From: Kudoa neothunni
Lineage: Eukaryota; Animalia; Cnidaria
Reading direction: 5' to 3'
Length of the DNA: 64,000 nt
NCBI GenBank assembly: GCA_964304625.1
Contig: OZ199839.1
Location: 9,792,671 to 9,856,670, forward strand
Shown here: piece after piece, positions 11,430 to 25,114 of the stretch
Position numbering within the stretch: position 1 is the stretch's first letter
Layout: every line of letters begins with the position of its first letter
Translations under genes and position numbers: made by a program
Notes under the pieces: model-generated
Seen by the model: only the letters and a program-made list of their open reading frames with translations
What the model was told of the DNA's origin: nothing
The model's database searches: none

Positions 11430-14386
11430 ATGGTCTCATTTAGCTTGCTTGTGGCATTATTTTGTAATAAATTAAAATTCTCGCTTCTTTTTAAACCATT
11501 TTAGGCATTAAGAAAGTTTTTGTGCTTGGAGCCACAGGTGCGGCTACCGAACCTGCCAAAGTTCTCACCTATCGCATAGCAGACAGTGACAAAGTACATC
11601 TGACTTTATCTGGAACAACATATGCCACATCGGGGAAAAAATGCCTTATAAGAAAGGAAAAGGAAAATGCAGTTGAATTTGGTGATATAAATACATGTAA
11701 TGATAATGATAATTCACATGGGACTGGGAAATGTCTTCGTGCTTGCTCTGGAGAAAACATTAAATTGGATTTTAATGTGTTATCACCCAAAACAAAATAT
11801 ATTTATGTATATTCTGGGGGTGAATATGCAGAAATACATAATAAGAATAATGGAGGAGATGTGTTTGGATTGTCCATTCGTAATTTTTATTAATTTGTTT
11901 TTAAAAATAATTAAATATAGCTCTCTTGGTGAATCCAATAGTCACAATTTCCACAGATGAGTCAACAAAATTGAAACTTGCAACCAAAACATGTCCTAAA
12001 GTCGCTTGTCCCATTTATTACAAAGGTGTCCAATACGCCGAAGGGTCAGTCGCAGATAACTGTATAACAGAAATTACAAATACGGTTGATTTTGATGTGC
12101 TGATACCACACTATGAAATGAAATGTATGAATTTACCAAGCTTCTTCTACAATATGCCAAATACATACATGAAAAAAAACATTGATATATATAAACCCCA
12201 ATATTACGTGACCTATAAAGAGGGGGACGACGCAACGACAAAATATCTCTTAAAGTTTACAAATGCTTTCCCATCAGAAATTTGTTTTTTTAATGTAAAA
12301 GATGCAACAACTACCACACAAGGGAGTACGAATACCTACGTATCATCATGTGGTGGTGGAGCCGGAAAAAACTGTTACGCTCCATGTAATAATGTGGAAT
12401 TGAAATTTTCTACTTCCAAACCAATATTAAAAATATTAATTAAAACTCGGCGCCATAAATTAGAAGTCGATGGAACCGACGTTGAAGGTTATGAAGAGAA
12501 CAAATTTGGTAATATTTCATTAAATTCAAGGTAATCGCCATTGAATTTTAGCTATTATTGAGCCAATAAATGCAAGCACCCTTTTAACAGCACATTCTGC
12601 TACAGGAATAACACTCAATCCGTCACCGTACAATCCCACACGAGACGATAGTGTGAAATTTACTACTTGTACTTTAAAACATTTTCCAGCCGATAAGCTG
12701 AGACCCAGCGATGGGACTGCTGCTCAGTGCGCAAACGTGCCATGTGGAACTGACTGTTCACAGAACTCTGTCCTTAGTCAGCTGGACGCAGGTAAAGCAT
12801 ATATAATTGAAATAGCTCCATCAACAACATTAAATACTCCCAACAACTTTAAAGAATATTTATTCTTTAGAACAGGTAATGTAACAAAGTGTATTACAAT
12901 TATGATTATTTAAATTTATTTTCAGCTAAAGCTAGCGCGTCAAATTACGTTACTACCATTCCCACAACGACCGACGTAACAGCTACATTAAAGGCAGTTG
13001 ACGGTGATGTGGAAAATAAACCGGCTGAACCAACATGTGAATATTACATCAGTAAAGCAGGTAAAAACATGTTTGTAGAAGCAGAATGTGGAGATAGTTA
13101 TCCATGCAGAGGATTTTGTAAGGACACCAAGAAATTGATAAATTTAAGGCTTAAAACAAATTATGATATCAAAGTTGTTTCAAATAAAGATTATGGAATA
13201 AAAATATTTGAAAACGTCTCAACAAGTAAAAATATGATATCGAAATCACATTTAATTTACGTTTAATAGCTTTTTCAACCCTCACTCTATCCCACAATTT
13301 TCTCGATAAAGGATTTCGAGTTGTTGGAAGATTAATAACTGCATATCCAGAAGCAATATGTCACTATAAACTTAAAGTTAAAAATGGAACTAGTTCAGAT
13401 GTAGTTTATTCCTGCCCAACAATTGCTCCTTCTCCTCCACAAGCCAACCCACCCAATACTAATGCTGTTCAATCTTCCACGAATCAAAATTTAGAACAAT
13501 CTAATTTGATCAGTCATATAAATTCTTCCAATAATAGAGTAGCAAGAGCGAGTGGCGCAGCTGTTATAACTCCAAATTCATCCGCCACCATTCCAACTAC
13601 GATTACTCCTACTGCGACTAATCAATCTAAGTTTCCACCATGCAATAAACCACCTCTATGCAACAACATAATAATCAGCGAGGGTTACGAGGCTGATAAA
13701 GAATACCAATTATTGGTTACAGCTGTGGACAGATCGGAAGAAATTACCATCAATATTCCCAAAAGTACAATATTTATTTACCAAATTATAAAAAGTTCTA
13801 ATATATCACTCACAAATAGATGCTCTCCCTGAGAATCCTGAGGAAGTAGATAAACAAATCACAGTGATTATCGAAAGAGCTGGCGATACTTTAAAAATCA
13901 CATCATTGCTTCCAAAACAAAAAAATGAAAATTCATTGTGTCGATGGATATTGAAAGATATGAACGATCCTTCTTTACCAATAGTGAAAAAATGTGACAC
14001 TGTTGGAAGTAGTAGGTGTGCACTTCCAACATGTAAATCATTCACAATTGAGGGCGTAAGCGATACCAGTGATTATCATTTAACGGTTATTCACTCCCAA
14101 GACCCTACAATAAAAGGCGTTGGAAGAATTAAACAAGGTAGTTAACAATAAATTATTATTATTTTAATGATCAATATAGGAGAAACTTCTAATCAATCAA
14201 AGTAAAATTGTAAAATGATAATATTAAATATGATTAATTTTTAGGGCGAGCACGTCAATGTATTTTTTAGTTATTTGAGTATATTTGAATGAGATACCAT
14301 TTAGGATAATTGGAATTATTGTTCCGATTGCTATCGTTGTAGTGGCGGCTGGATTGTACTTTGGTTACAAGAAGAACAAATCATAA
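11430..14386 (+). CDS. Array copy 2 (type A; first ATG mutated to ATT, starts at second ATG, MVSFSLLVALFC)
   Basis: Same splice sites and exon order as copy 1 (ORFs 11522, 11926, 12653, 12889, 13506, 13864). TM exon ends AAA TCA TAA at 14386. Confidence 0.86.
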
Positions 14387-15333
14387 GGATCGATCTAAAC
14401 ATCAGCTTATTAGTCATAATAAAACAATATTATTATTTTTAAAGTTTAAATTTTAACATTTTATATAGTTTTTTTATTTTTCAAATACTAAAGTGATATA
14501 AAGCCTATGGCATACTAATAATTTAGTCAAACTTATATTAGATTTATAGTTTTATTCAATCTTGTTCTACGTATTAATTCTTTTACTAAGTCTACTAAAT
14601 TAAAATAATATTTTTGTATGTTTAAAAATTTGCTCCAAATATGTTCAATGTAATAAGTTTTATTTTATTGAAAACTGAGGTTAGCTTATAGGTAGAAATC
14701 ATAATTTCCGACGTTTATTTTAGAAAAGTCGACGTTTAGATAAAAAAGGAATTTATTAGTGCAAATAATCAAAATTTTCCTAAAGAATAGATATATTTTA
14801 ATATTAACTATGTAATATAAAATAAAAATATTATATTGAAAACATTTTTCATCATTCACTTCTGAGATTGATGCATAAATTGGTTTAAAAAATTTTTATT
14901 TAGAAAAATTTGTTTCGATTACGATAATTAATGATGGTATGCACATCAAATCTTGATATTGTACCGACAAAATAATGTATTTTAATTTTTTGAGTATAAC
15001 TTATTTCTATCTATAATGTTACTTCTAGAGTAAAGTTACAATAATTCTTTTTACAATTTGTCTTTTTCATTCGTATCTAGAAAATTCGAGATATCATATG
15101 TATTCAATTCTTCAATATTATTATATCTATTTACATTCGATTTCTTCATAATTTTCTGGGAATTTTCAATTGTGAAACAACGGTATGTTTGATTTTTTAT
15201 TCTTCCCGATATTTCTAAACTTTAAAATCAACAAATTCTGACATCTTAATTAAAAAAAATCTTTTGGAACAAAAGAAAAATCAACTTCTCATCTTTAAAA
15301 CTACTTAATATGTTAGACTTGTGTATACTATAT

Positions 15334-18300
15334 CAGAGGTGGCCAAACTTGCCCAGAACGGGAGTCAATTATAAGGTTGCCTAAATTTTCATCAGCCACA
15401 AAGAATTAAAATCATTTATGTAACATTTCCTTATTCAACCCTTTCACGTTCTATTTTTTGGTTTTTCTAAAAAAATATATATTGATAATTGGATATTTTT
15501 TAGTAAAAATATATAATTTTAATTTGAAAAATAATTATATCATGAAGATTTTTTAAATTTTGTTCATGTGCATTTAATTACACATTGGGACTAAATGATA
15601 AATAAAAGTTGAAAATGAATAAAATGTTCAAAGTAACTATTCAAACATTAGATTTAATGAATAATTATTTTAAATTTCAAAATTCATGAAACGTTATTAA
15701 CAAATAACCCTAAAACAGCATGTCTCCCATGAACCATCTCCAAATTTTTTTCATTTTTCTTAGTAATAATATATAAATTTATTTATAATGTCAACATAAT
15801 GTAATTTTTTATTTATAAATTTATTTTTTAACGCGTATTGGTTCGGTGTATTTAATTTCACTAAGATTAGAAGAAAAAATGACATAATAATTTGCAAGAA
15901 AATAACACACAAAATAATAAACGTACGGATTAATTCAACTTAATTAATTTCATTTTTGATGAAATTCGTAGAAACAATTCCTTTCTATAACCCGAAAACA
16001 ATTCGTTTTGCATTTAATGCATTTGAATGACATAATTTTTTGGACAAACTTTGCATCTATTACGTGTGGGCGTGCCTTCGGGGGAAGGCCCAACATTGTC
16101 GAATCAGATATCATCAGAAAGAGAGGGAACCACAATTTTCTGACTTATTGAATTCTTCAATTCACTTTCTACTGATAATGATGATTTCCCTCGCTTTAAC
16201 TTTACGTTTGTTTCCTTTTAAGAAACGTTAAAGACTCGTATTCTGAATAGGTGAAATTCAGTTAACCAAATATTTCGCTCTCTTCTATTTCTCTTTTATA
16301 ATACCCAAGAGTCCACCAAAGCTGTATTTATTCCTCAATAAAATATCCTCAAGTTAACATTTTAAACCGTTGTTTGGTTGGTTTTCCATGCACATGTTGC
16401 TTTGAACAGCACCTACCTTTAAATGATATCATCTGTTCATCTACAGGTAACTTCCTTTCGGGTTGAATCTTTAACCAATTTGATCTTAAATAGTCAAAAA
16501 ATTGTCTTATTTTCAAAAACCTACAAAAAAAGGATTGGATTGTTGAGTGACTATTTCGTCATTGTATTTTAAAATGAAGAAATCAACTCAAATCTACGGC
16601 GTATGAACACGTTAGCAATTGGCTCAAACTTAAAACATCTTTGCCAATAACAACGATATCTAGGCATCCTTATTATACCCATTAAAATGATAACTCCAAT
16701 AAACTTTTCTATTTCATCACTATCAGTTTTGAAACATGAATTAGATCGGCTGAAATAAAGGTTTTTTTGTTCAACCATCGAATCTATGAAAGATTTATTC
16801 ATAAATTGGTTGAAGTAATCGATAGGAATAAAAAGTCCATTTATTTCTTCAAAATATCACTCTGAATTCTCATAATCAACATTATTATTTAATGTTAAAA
16901 TCTATATAATCCAATTATATTTGAAGTTCGAGTTGTATTTTTCTTCGTCGGTAACCTCATTATGGTTTTCTGAGTATTCATCGCATTTTTCAAAAATATC
17001 GATATTTTTATTTTCTAAACAGATCTCCGGTTCTAAAATATTAGGATCGGGCATATTGACTACTTTTTGTCCTATTTCTCCACTTTTTGCAGATAAATCC
17101 GAAATATTGTAATTCATTTCTTCATCACGTGTGTTCCACGGAATCCCAATGTGCATTTAAATGCACAAGCTCTAATACCCAAATAGCTATTTATTCTTAA
17201 AATCTTTTTATATATTTTATTATTTGTTATGAAAAATTCAAATTAATTTTTAAAGTTGACGTTGATAATGAACACTGATCAATTCTATGTGTGTAATCTT
17301 TCACGTTTGGAGCATGCTCTATATATAGATGAAAAACATAATATTTTCTTACATTTTCAAGGAAAATTATTCATACTTTTAAATAATGATGACAATTAAG
17401 TATTGATTGTGATACATCAAACATATTGAATGAAACAGTAGTTAAGTGTATTAAAAGATTGCGTTTTTCTTACGTGCATTCAAACGCACACTGGACGCGA
17501 AAGGGTTAAACTTACATTTTTGGAAAGTTTTGGGTAAATAATAAGATATATTTATGTAGAAATATAAATAAAGGTCTTTATTTCTTTCTTATTCAGTTAC
17601 TCGCTGGAAAACTTTCATATAATTTTTATAGGTATAATTTATGATGGTTTTTCCAAAAAGGTTTATTAGGTGTTAATAATCCAAGAAACTTTTTATCCAT
17701 GAAAAATATCGCAAAAAAAATTAAATTAATTACGTGCGAATTAAATAATAACACAAGAATTTAATGCATTCGAACAAATTATTTTTAGAAATTGTTTCTA
17801 ATATTACAAGTTTTTTATGTTCCAATATTATCGGTGTGCTGGCGGTAATCTGCTTCGTAAGCTGTTAGTGCTGGATAAATTAGTTCCTGCAGGTGTTTGT
17901 TTGGGAGGGAGGGAACCGCGATGCTTCGATTTTGCAAACTTCATCATTGAAAAAATGCAGACAACACTAAGTTTTTCCAATGAAAACAAAAAGTGTTTGA
18001 GGCAAATTTATTTTTATTTTTAATATTTATTTTCTGTAACATATTTCCAAAGATCGTTGGATGAGTTGGAATCATGAATCATCCTTAAAACTTTAATACG
18101 TGTTTTATTCTTTCGATATCTATCATTTTTGTAATGGATAAACCCTAGTTCTAATTGCATTTCCTAATGTAACTAGTAATAATTCTAGTTTTTATTGAAT
18201 ATTAAAACTGTTTGGTAGACTATAACTATGTTTTCTAATCAAAAATATTATCTAGTTCACGATTTAAGAGTTTATTTCTTCACTAGATTACATAGTTTGA

Positions 18301-18399
18301 ACTTTGCACTTTCCTGAATTAACGCACGGGTTGAATAAAAAAAAATTTTTTCAAGTGTTTCACCATAACGTTTAAAAAGCCACAGTTTGGCCACCCCTG
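15334..18399. mobile_element. Non-autonomous hAT (Charlie/Buster-like) element carrying a nested piggyBac
   Basis: TIRs CAGAGGTGGCCAAACT / AGTTTGGCCACCCCTG and a perfect 8-bp TSD TACTATAT (15326-15333, 18400-18407). Confidence 0.9.
15439..17505 (-). mobile_element. Internally deleted piggyBac (PGBD3-like remnants)
   Basis: TCAA|CCCTTTCACGT ... ACGCGAAAGGG|TTAA ends. Minus-strand EIEKFIGVIILMGIIRMPRYRCYW, VDEQMISFKGR and C-terminal CIKC..CFYEFH. Repeated TGTGCATTTAA.T.CACA palindromes. Confidence 0.85.
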
Positions 18400-21331
18400 T
18401 ACTATATCCTAAATTTATCTAATTATTCAATATGTTTGGATAAACCTATTGAAGAATTGACCACTATTTTGGCGGATAATTTGTAGACGAAAGCAAATTT
18501 TTTGGATAAATAAATTATTCATTCATCAATTATTACAATAATCGAATAAAACGGCAAATTTAATACTGATTCATGATGATTTTCCAAATAATTTTCCATA
18601 ATAACCTTGGAATACTGTTGGCAACATAACGTGCAGTTGTACAAATTATATCACCTAATATCCAGGACTTAGCATTTCTTTTTCTTATCATATACTATTT
18701 TTGAGTTCTATTTCATATTTTATACCATTTTTAGGAATGAGATAAAAAAATCCTTGACGGATCAATTTTTTAATAAAACAGCAGAAAGTTTTATACAGAA
18801 CCGTTATTGTACAAAATTTCGCATCCACTACCTTTTGTTTTGCATAATGGGTTAAATGCGTAAAGCATGTTATAGTTGTAATATTCTTATGAATCTTGTT
18901 TATTATTTTTTAATATTTTCTTTATGCAACGCGGAGTTCGGAACGATGGAAACAAAATTTTGCCACATAACCCACTTTTTTAAATACTTCTGAAATGACG
19001 TTGGCCATTATGACAGAATTGCGTTCATTCAAAATTCATATTATAACATTAAAACATTTATTTCATTAGTGTTCAGATTGTAAAAACAAATCAATATGCA
19101 TATTATTGGTCTGTTTTAAGTTAAAGCTATCATCTAATATAAGGGAAAATGTATATTTGCCATAATTTGATTTTAAAACTTCAAAATTATTATCATAAAA
19201 AGATGGTAAATATTAGGACAACTAATTGTGTCATTTAGCGATAACCTGCCTGAATATTAATACTTAATTATAACATCACGAAAAGTGTTTCTGTCGTCAG
19301 ATGTCAATAGGAAAGACCATCAAAAGCAACAATAGACAATAAGACCATTTTATGATCATTATCCCGTTTATTTCTAAAAAATATTTGAAACGGGAGAGAA
19401 ATTTTCAAACGAGGCATTAAGAACAGATATTTTTCGAACAAACGTGTTTCATAACTCTCTTCTTTAAAATGGGAAGCATAAGTTTGCTGAACCTGAAAAC
19501 CAATGTGCCATTTACATTTTCTATATCAGTTCATTCAAGTAGAAAATTTTTGATTTTTCTCCCTCTTCTGCCTATAATGAAGAAATTTAATAGAAAATGA
19601 GAGTTTAAAAAGGAAATAAAATTCTAGGAATAGAAAACTAACGTTTACCGATTATAATCGATAATTACGGTTTCTGAACATAACATTTTCTAATTCCTTG
19701 TTTTTCACCGCCGCAGGGATTTTTTTAATTTATTATTTTTCTTAATAAATACATGTAATACCTAATATTCCTAGTATCAAAATTTATACTAATTTCTAAA
19801 AATAATATATAATTTAATTTCTGTCATTACTTTATAATTTTAAAAATAATTTATAGATTATTTTCTAAACTTTTTTTTATAAATAAATTAATTGTTAAAT
19901 ATGAATTGATTCTATAAAAAGTTTTCACACAATAAAATTTGTATAAATTCGATGGATTTAATATATTAGACGTTTTTGACTAATGTGTCGTCCGAAGAAA
20001 CAAAGATTATTCAACCAAAGTATGGCCGTTACTTATAAAGATTAAAAATATTAATTTTCTCTATTAGTAAAGAAACGACAAAATATAAAATTTTACTTTG
20101 AGAATTTTGATTAAAAAATTAACTTAGATACTGATTTTCTAGCAATGAGATATTGCGAAAGATAATAAGGTTTTTTTTAATTGTCATAAAATATCGGAAA
20201 AGTCTAAGTTCATATTTAGGAATTAATATTTTTAAATTTATCTCCAGAAATTATATTAAAAACCTCTTATTTCGATTTATTATTCAAGTTATTAATTTTA
20301 TTGAGAAGTATATTTTCATCAGATACAAATTCTTATCGGAGACTTCTCAAACTTCACTGATTAGCTCAAATATTTTTCTTTAATTTATAGTTTTGCATAA
20401 TAAAATGAGCATATTTAATTTAATGAGTAATCTTTTACATATTGAAATTGAATATATAATTTTCTACATTTAATTATTAACAAAATCAACGTTTAACTTT
20501 AAATGTAATCGGTACTTAAGACTATTAAAATCTACATCATTATAATGGTTATAAAAAGGTAAAATGAGTATATATTGATGTTAGTCACTCCGAATGATTT
20601 ACAATATTGGTAGATAAAATATAACAAATAACTTTGGTGGGCATTTTTATTAATGTGAGTCTTCCGAAAGCCGAATTGATAAATTTACAATCAAAATTTC
20701 AAAAAATGGCCAATGTTTCAGAGAGATGATTCGATGAAAATAAAATTTTATGAAGACAGAATTATCCAAGTAGCAAGAGTTCTTACTGACACATTAATAT
20801 ATTTTTTACTGTCAATACAACTCATTCCATACGAAATTTGAAAATTAGTTTCAATTGATTAACTACATTTTTTCCAACATATTTTCTAGAGAATAATCAA
20901 ACGTAAATTAATTTAAAGCCAGCTGCTACACCAAATATTGCGTTGATCTTGTTGATAGAAAATCCAAAGTTTTCTTAGACAAATTACTCTTAATAGTTGT
21001 TTTTTCATTATAACGACGGAGAGCCATTAGTTCAACTTTTTATTCTAATCAGCCCTTTTTTAACTGTTTCAGCCAGATATTGCATACACTATCCCAAAGA
21101 AAGCCAAATGATAATTATTCCATATCTTTATTTAACATTAAGTTTTCGTAAAGGATTACATAAAATACATGCTGAGGTAGTCTTGTAAAGATTGTAAAAT
21201 TCTAATAACTTTAAATAACTTAAATAATCCGATTAGTCATAATTTTTAGATAGTATTATCTCTTTCATGAATAGTTATTGTTTATTGATACTATAAAATA
21301 AATAATCTGTTATATATTCTATCTAATATAA

Positions 21332-24289
21332 ATGAAGACAAACATGGTCTCATTTACCTTGATTGTTGCATTATTTTGTAATAAATTAAAATTCTAGATT
21401 CTTTTTAAACCATTTTAGGCATTAAGAAAGTTTTTGTGCTTGGAGCCACAGGTGCGACTACTGAACCTGCCAAAGTTCTCACCTATCGCATAGCAGATAG
21501 TAACAAAGTACATCTGACTTTATCTGGAACAATTTATGCTACTTCGGAGAAAAAATGCCTTATAAGAAAAGAAAAGGAAGGTACGGTCGAATTTGACCAT
21601 ATAAATACATGTCCTAGCAATGATAGTACACAAGGAGGTGGAAAATGTCTTCGTGCTTGCTCTGGAGAAAACATTAAATTGGATTTTAATGTGTTATCAC
21701 CCAAAACGAAATATATTTATGTATATTCTGGGGGTGAATATGCAGAAATACATAATAAGAATAATGGAGGAGATGTGTTTGGATCGTCCATTCGTAATTT
21801 TTATTAATTTGTTTTTAAAAATAATTAAATATAGCTCTCTTGGTGAATCCAACAGTCACAATTTCTACAGACACTTCAGGGAAACTGAAACTTGCAACCA
21901 AAACATGTCCTAAAGTCGCTTGTCCCATTTATTACAAAGGTGTCCAATACGCCGTCGGTACAGCTGGTGCTACTTGTGAAGCTAATATTGAAAATACGGT
22001 TGATTATGACGTGCTGATACCTCACTATGAAATGAAATGTAAGAATTTACCAAGCTTTTTCTACCATATGCCAAATACATACATGAGAAAAAACATTGAC
22101 ATATATAAACCACAGTACTATGTTACATATAAGGAAAATGATAATGACAAGTTAAAATATCTCTTAAAGTTTACAAATGCTTTCCCATCAGAAATTTGTT
22201 TTTTTAATGTAAAAGATGCGGCGACTAGCCCTCAGCCGAGTACAAATGATTACGAATCATCATGTGGTGGTGAGGCTGGAAAAAAATGTTATGCCCCATG
22301 TGATAATGTCGAATTGGCACTTACTGCAACCAAACAGATCGTGCAAATATTAATTAAAACTAGGCATCATGAACTAGAAGTAGAAGGAGCCAATGTTGAT
22401 GGTTATGAAGAGAAAAAATTTGGTAAGGTTTCAGTCAATTTTAACTAGTTATCATTAGTATTAGCTATTGTTGAGGCTGCAAAAGCAAACACTCTTTTAA
22501 CAGCACATTCTGCTACTGGAGTTACAATTAATAGATCCCTGTATAGTCCAGGGAATAATAACGTTAAATTTACGACTTGCGATTTAAAATACTTTCCAGC
22601 TGATATACCAAGAACAACAGTGAGAACCGCGGCAAATTGTCCAAATGCTGATTGTGGAAGCGAATGCACAACCAGTTCCATTATTGGTGGATTGATTGCG
22701 GGGAAAACATATATAATTGAAATATCTCCATCTGCCTCCTTATCTAATTATAATGGCTTTAAAGAATATTTATTTTTCAGAACAAGTAAATAGACTGAAA
22801 TTTCATATTATATTATTTTTCAGCGCAAAAAGACGGGGCCGAATTCGGTACTTCTACGCCTATAACAACCGACATAACGGCTACGTTAAAGGCGATTGAC
22901 GGTAATGTGGGAACAGCATCAACCGAACCAACATGTGCATATTATTTCAGTGAACAAGGAAAAGGAACATTTGTGGAAGCAGAATGTGAAGATAGTAAAC
23001 CATGCAGAGGATTTTGTAGGGACATCAAGAAATTGATAAATCTAAATCCCAAAACAAATTATGATATTAAGGTTGTTTCAAATAAAGACTATGGAATAAA
23101 AATATTTGAAAACGTCTCAACAAGTAAAAATATGATATTAAAATCTCATTTAATCTAATTTACGTTTGATAGCTTTTTCAACCCTCACTCTATCCCACAA
23201 TTTCCTCGATAAAGGATTTCGAGTTGTTGGAAGATTAACAACTGCATATACAGAAGCAATATGTCACTATAAACTTAAAGTTAAAAATGGAACTAGTTCA
23301 AATGTAGTTTATTCCTGCCCAACAATTGCCCCTTCTCCTCCACAAGCCAACCCACCCAATACTAATGCTGTTCAATCTTCCACGAATCAAAATTTAGAAC
23401 AATCTAATTTGATAAGTCATCTAAATTCTTACAATAATAGAGTAGCAAGAGCGAGTGGTGGAGCTGATTTAACTCCAAGTTCATCTACGAACACTCCAAC
23501 TATAATTTCTCCTACCACAACAACCAAGTCTAAGTTCCCACCATGCAATAAACCACCTCTATGCAACAACATAATAATCAGCGAGGGTTACGAGGCTGAT
23601 AAAGAATACCAATTATTGGTTACAGCTGTGGACAGATCGGAAGAAATTACCATCAATATTCCCAAAAGTACAATATTTATTTACCAAATTATAAAAAGTT
23701 TTAATATATCACTCACAAATAGACACTCTCCCCGAGAATCCTGAGGAAGTAGATAAACAAATCACAGTGATTATCGAAAGAGTTGGCGATACTTTAAAAA
23801 TCACATCATTGCTTCCAAAACAAAAGAATGAAAATTCATTGTGTCGATGGATATTGAAAGATATGAACGATCCTTCTTTACCAATAGTGAAAAAATGTGA
23901 CACAGTCGGTACTAATAGGTGTAAACTTCCAACATGCAAATCATTCACAATTGATGGTGTAAGCGATACCAGTGATTATCATTTAACGGTTATTCACTCC
24001 CAAGACCCTACAATAAAAGGCGTTGGGAGAATTAAACAAGGTAGTTAACAATAAATTATTATTATTTTAATGATCAATATAGGAGAAACTTCTAATCAAT
24101 CAAAGTAAAATTGTAAAATGATAATATTAAATATGATTTACTTTTAGGGCGAGCACTTCAATGTATTATTAAATTATTTGAGTATATTTGAATGAGATAC
24201 CTTTTAGGATAATTGGAATTATTGTTCCGATTGTTATCGTTGTAGTAGCAGTTGGATTGTACTTTGGTTACAAGAAGAATAAATCCTAG
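21332..24289 (+). CDS. Array copy 3 (type A)
   Basis: ATGAAGACAAAC at 21332. Conserved GT-AG junctions; exons 4, 5 and 7 checked in frame. TM exon ends TCC TAG at 24289. Confidence 0.88.
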
Positions 24290-25114
24290 GGACCGATCTA
24301 AATATTAACTAATAAGTTTCTTTGAAAACATATTATTTCTTAAAGATTATGAATTTCAATTTTTTTTTATTTTTCGAATAATAAAATGATATAAAGTCTA
24401 TGGCATACTAGTAGTTTAACCCCCTTGTATTGCGCCCAAAAAAATCACGCGGATGCGGTTGGGGTCACTCTCGTATCCCAACACTTTAGAAGATAAAATT
24501 TTTTAAATCATCTCTTGATATGTCAATAACATCTCCATAGTTATATATATCTAGAGGTTGCTGGTTCAAATTACTTTGATTAATAAATTTAAGTGGCAAA
24601 ACAACGACCTCCATTTTTGGATGAATGAATGTCTACTAGTGCATTTTATTCAGTAAAATGAATATATATGAAGTATAAAAACATTTTTATATACGTATAG
24701 AAAGAAAATTAACTATAAAATGGAAAAATAAATGAGTAAGACTAGTCTATAAGGCAAGCGCCATAAACCAAATCTCCGACTAGGTTCGGATCATGTGGTA
24801 GGATTTGATTGTCTTATGTTAGCTTATTTGTTTGAACAAACAATCTTTTACAGTGCTGTACAATAGTATAAGCCATAATATGATTATAAGAATGTGTTTA
24901 TCAAAAATTTAAGTGTTGATTGTAAAATTCAAATGCTTTGCCTAAGTAATACCATATACGACATTTGAATAAATATAATTGCATACATTATAATGAATAC
25001 TTTTTTATTTCATCCCTTTATTTATAATTTGATTACGTTAGATATCATTATGCCAAAAAGTAATTATCATTTAAAGATCTTATTCGTTTTTTGCTAGAAT
25101 CGAAATCTCTATAG

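Noticed and set aside
20153-20383. 76-aa ORF duplicated at 63161
   Set aside because: Low-complexity AT-rich translation with a TTG start. Its identity reflects segmental duplication, and it is broken in the homologue near 30240.
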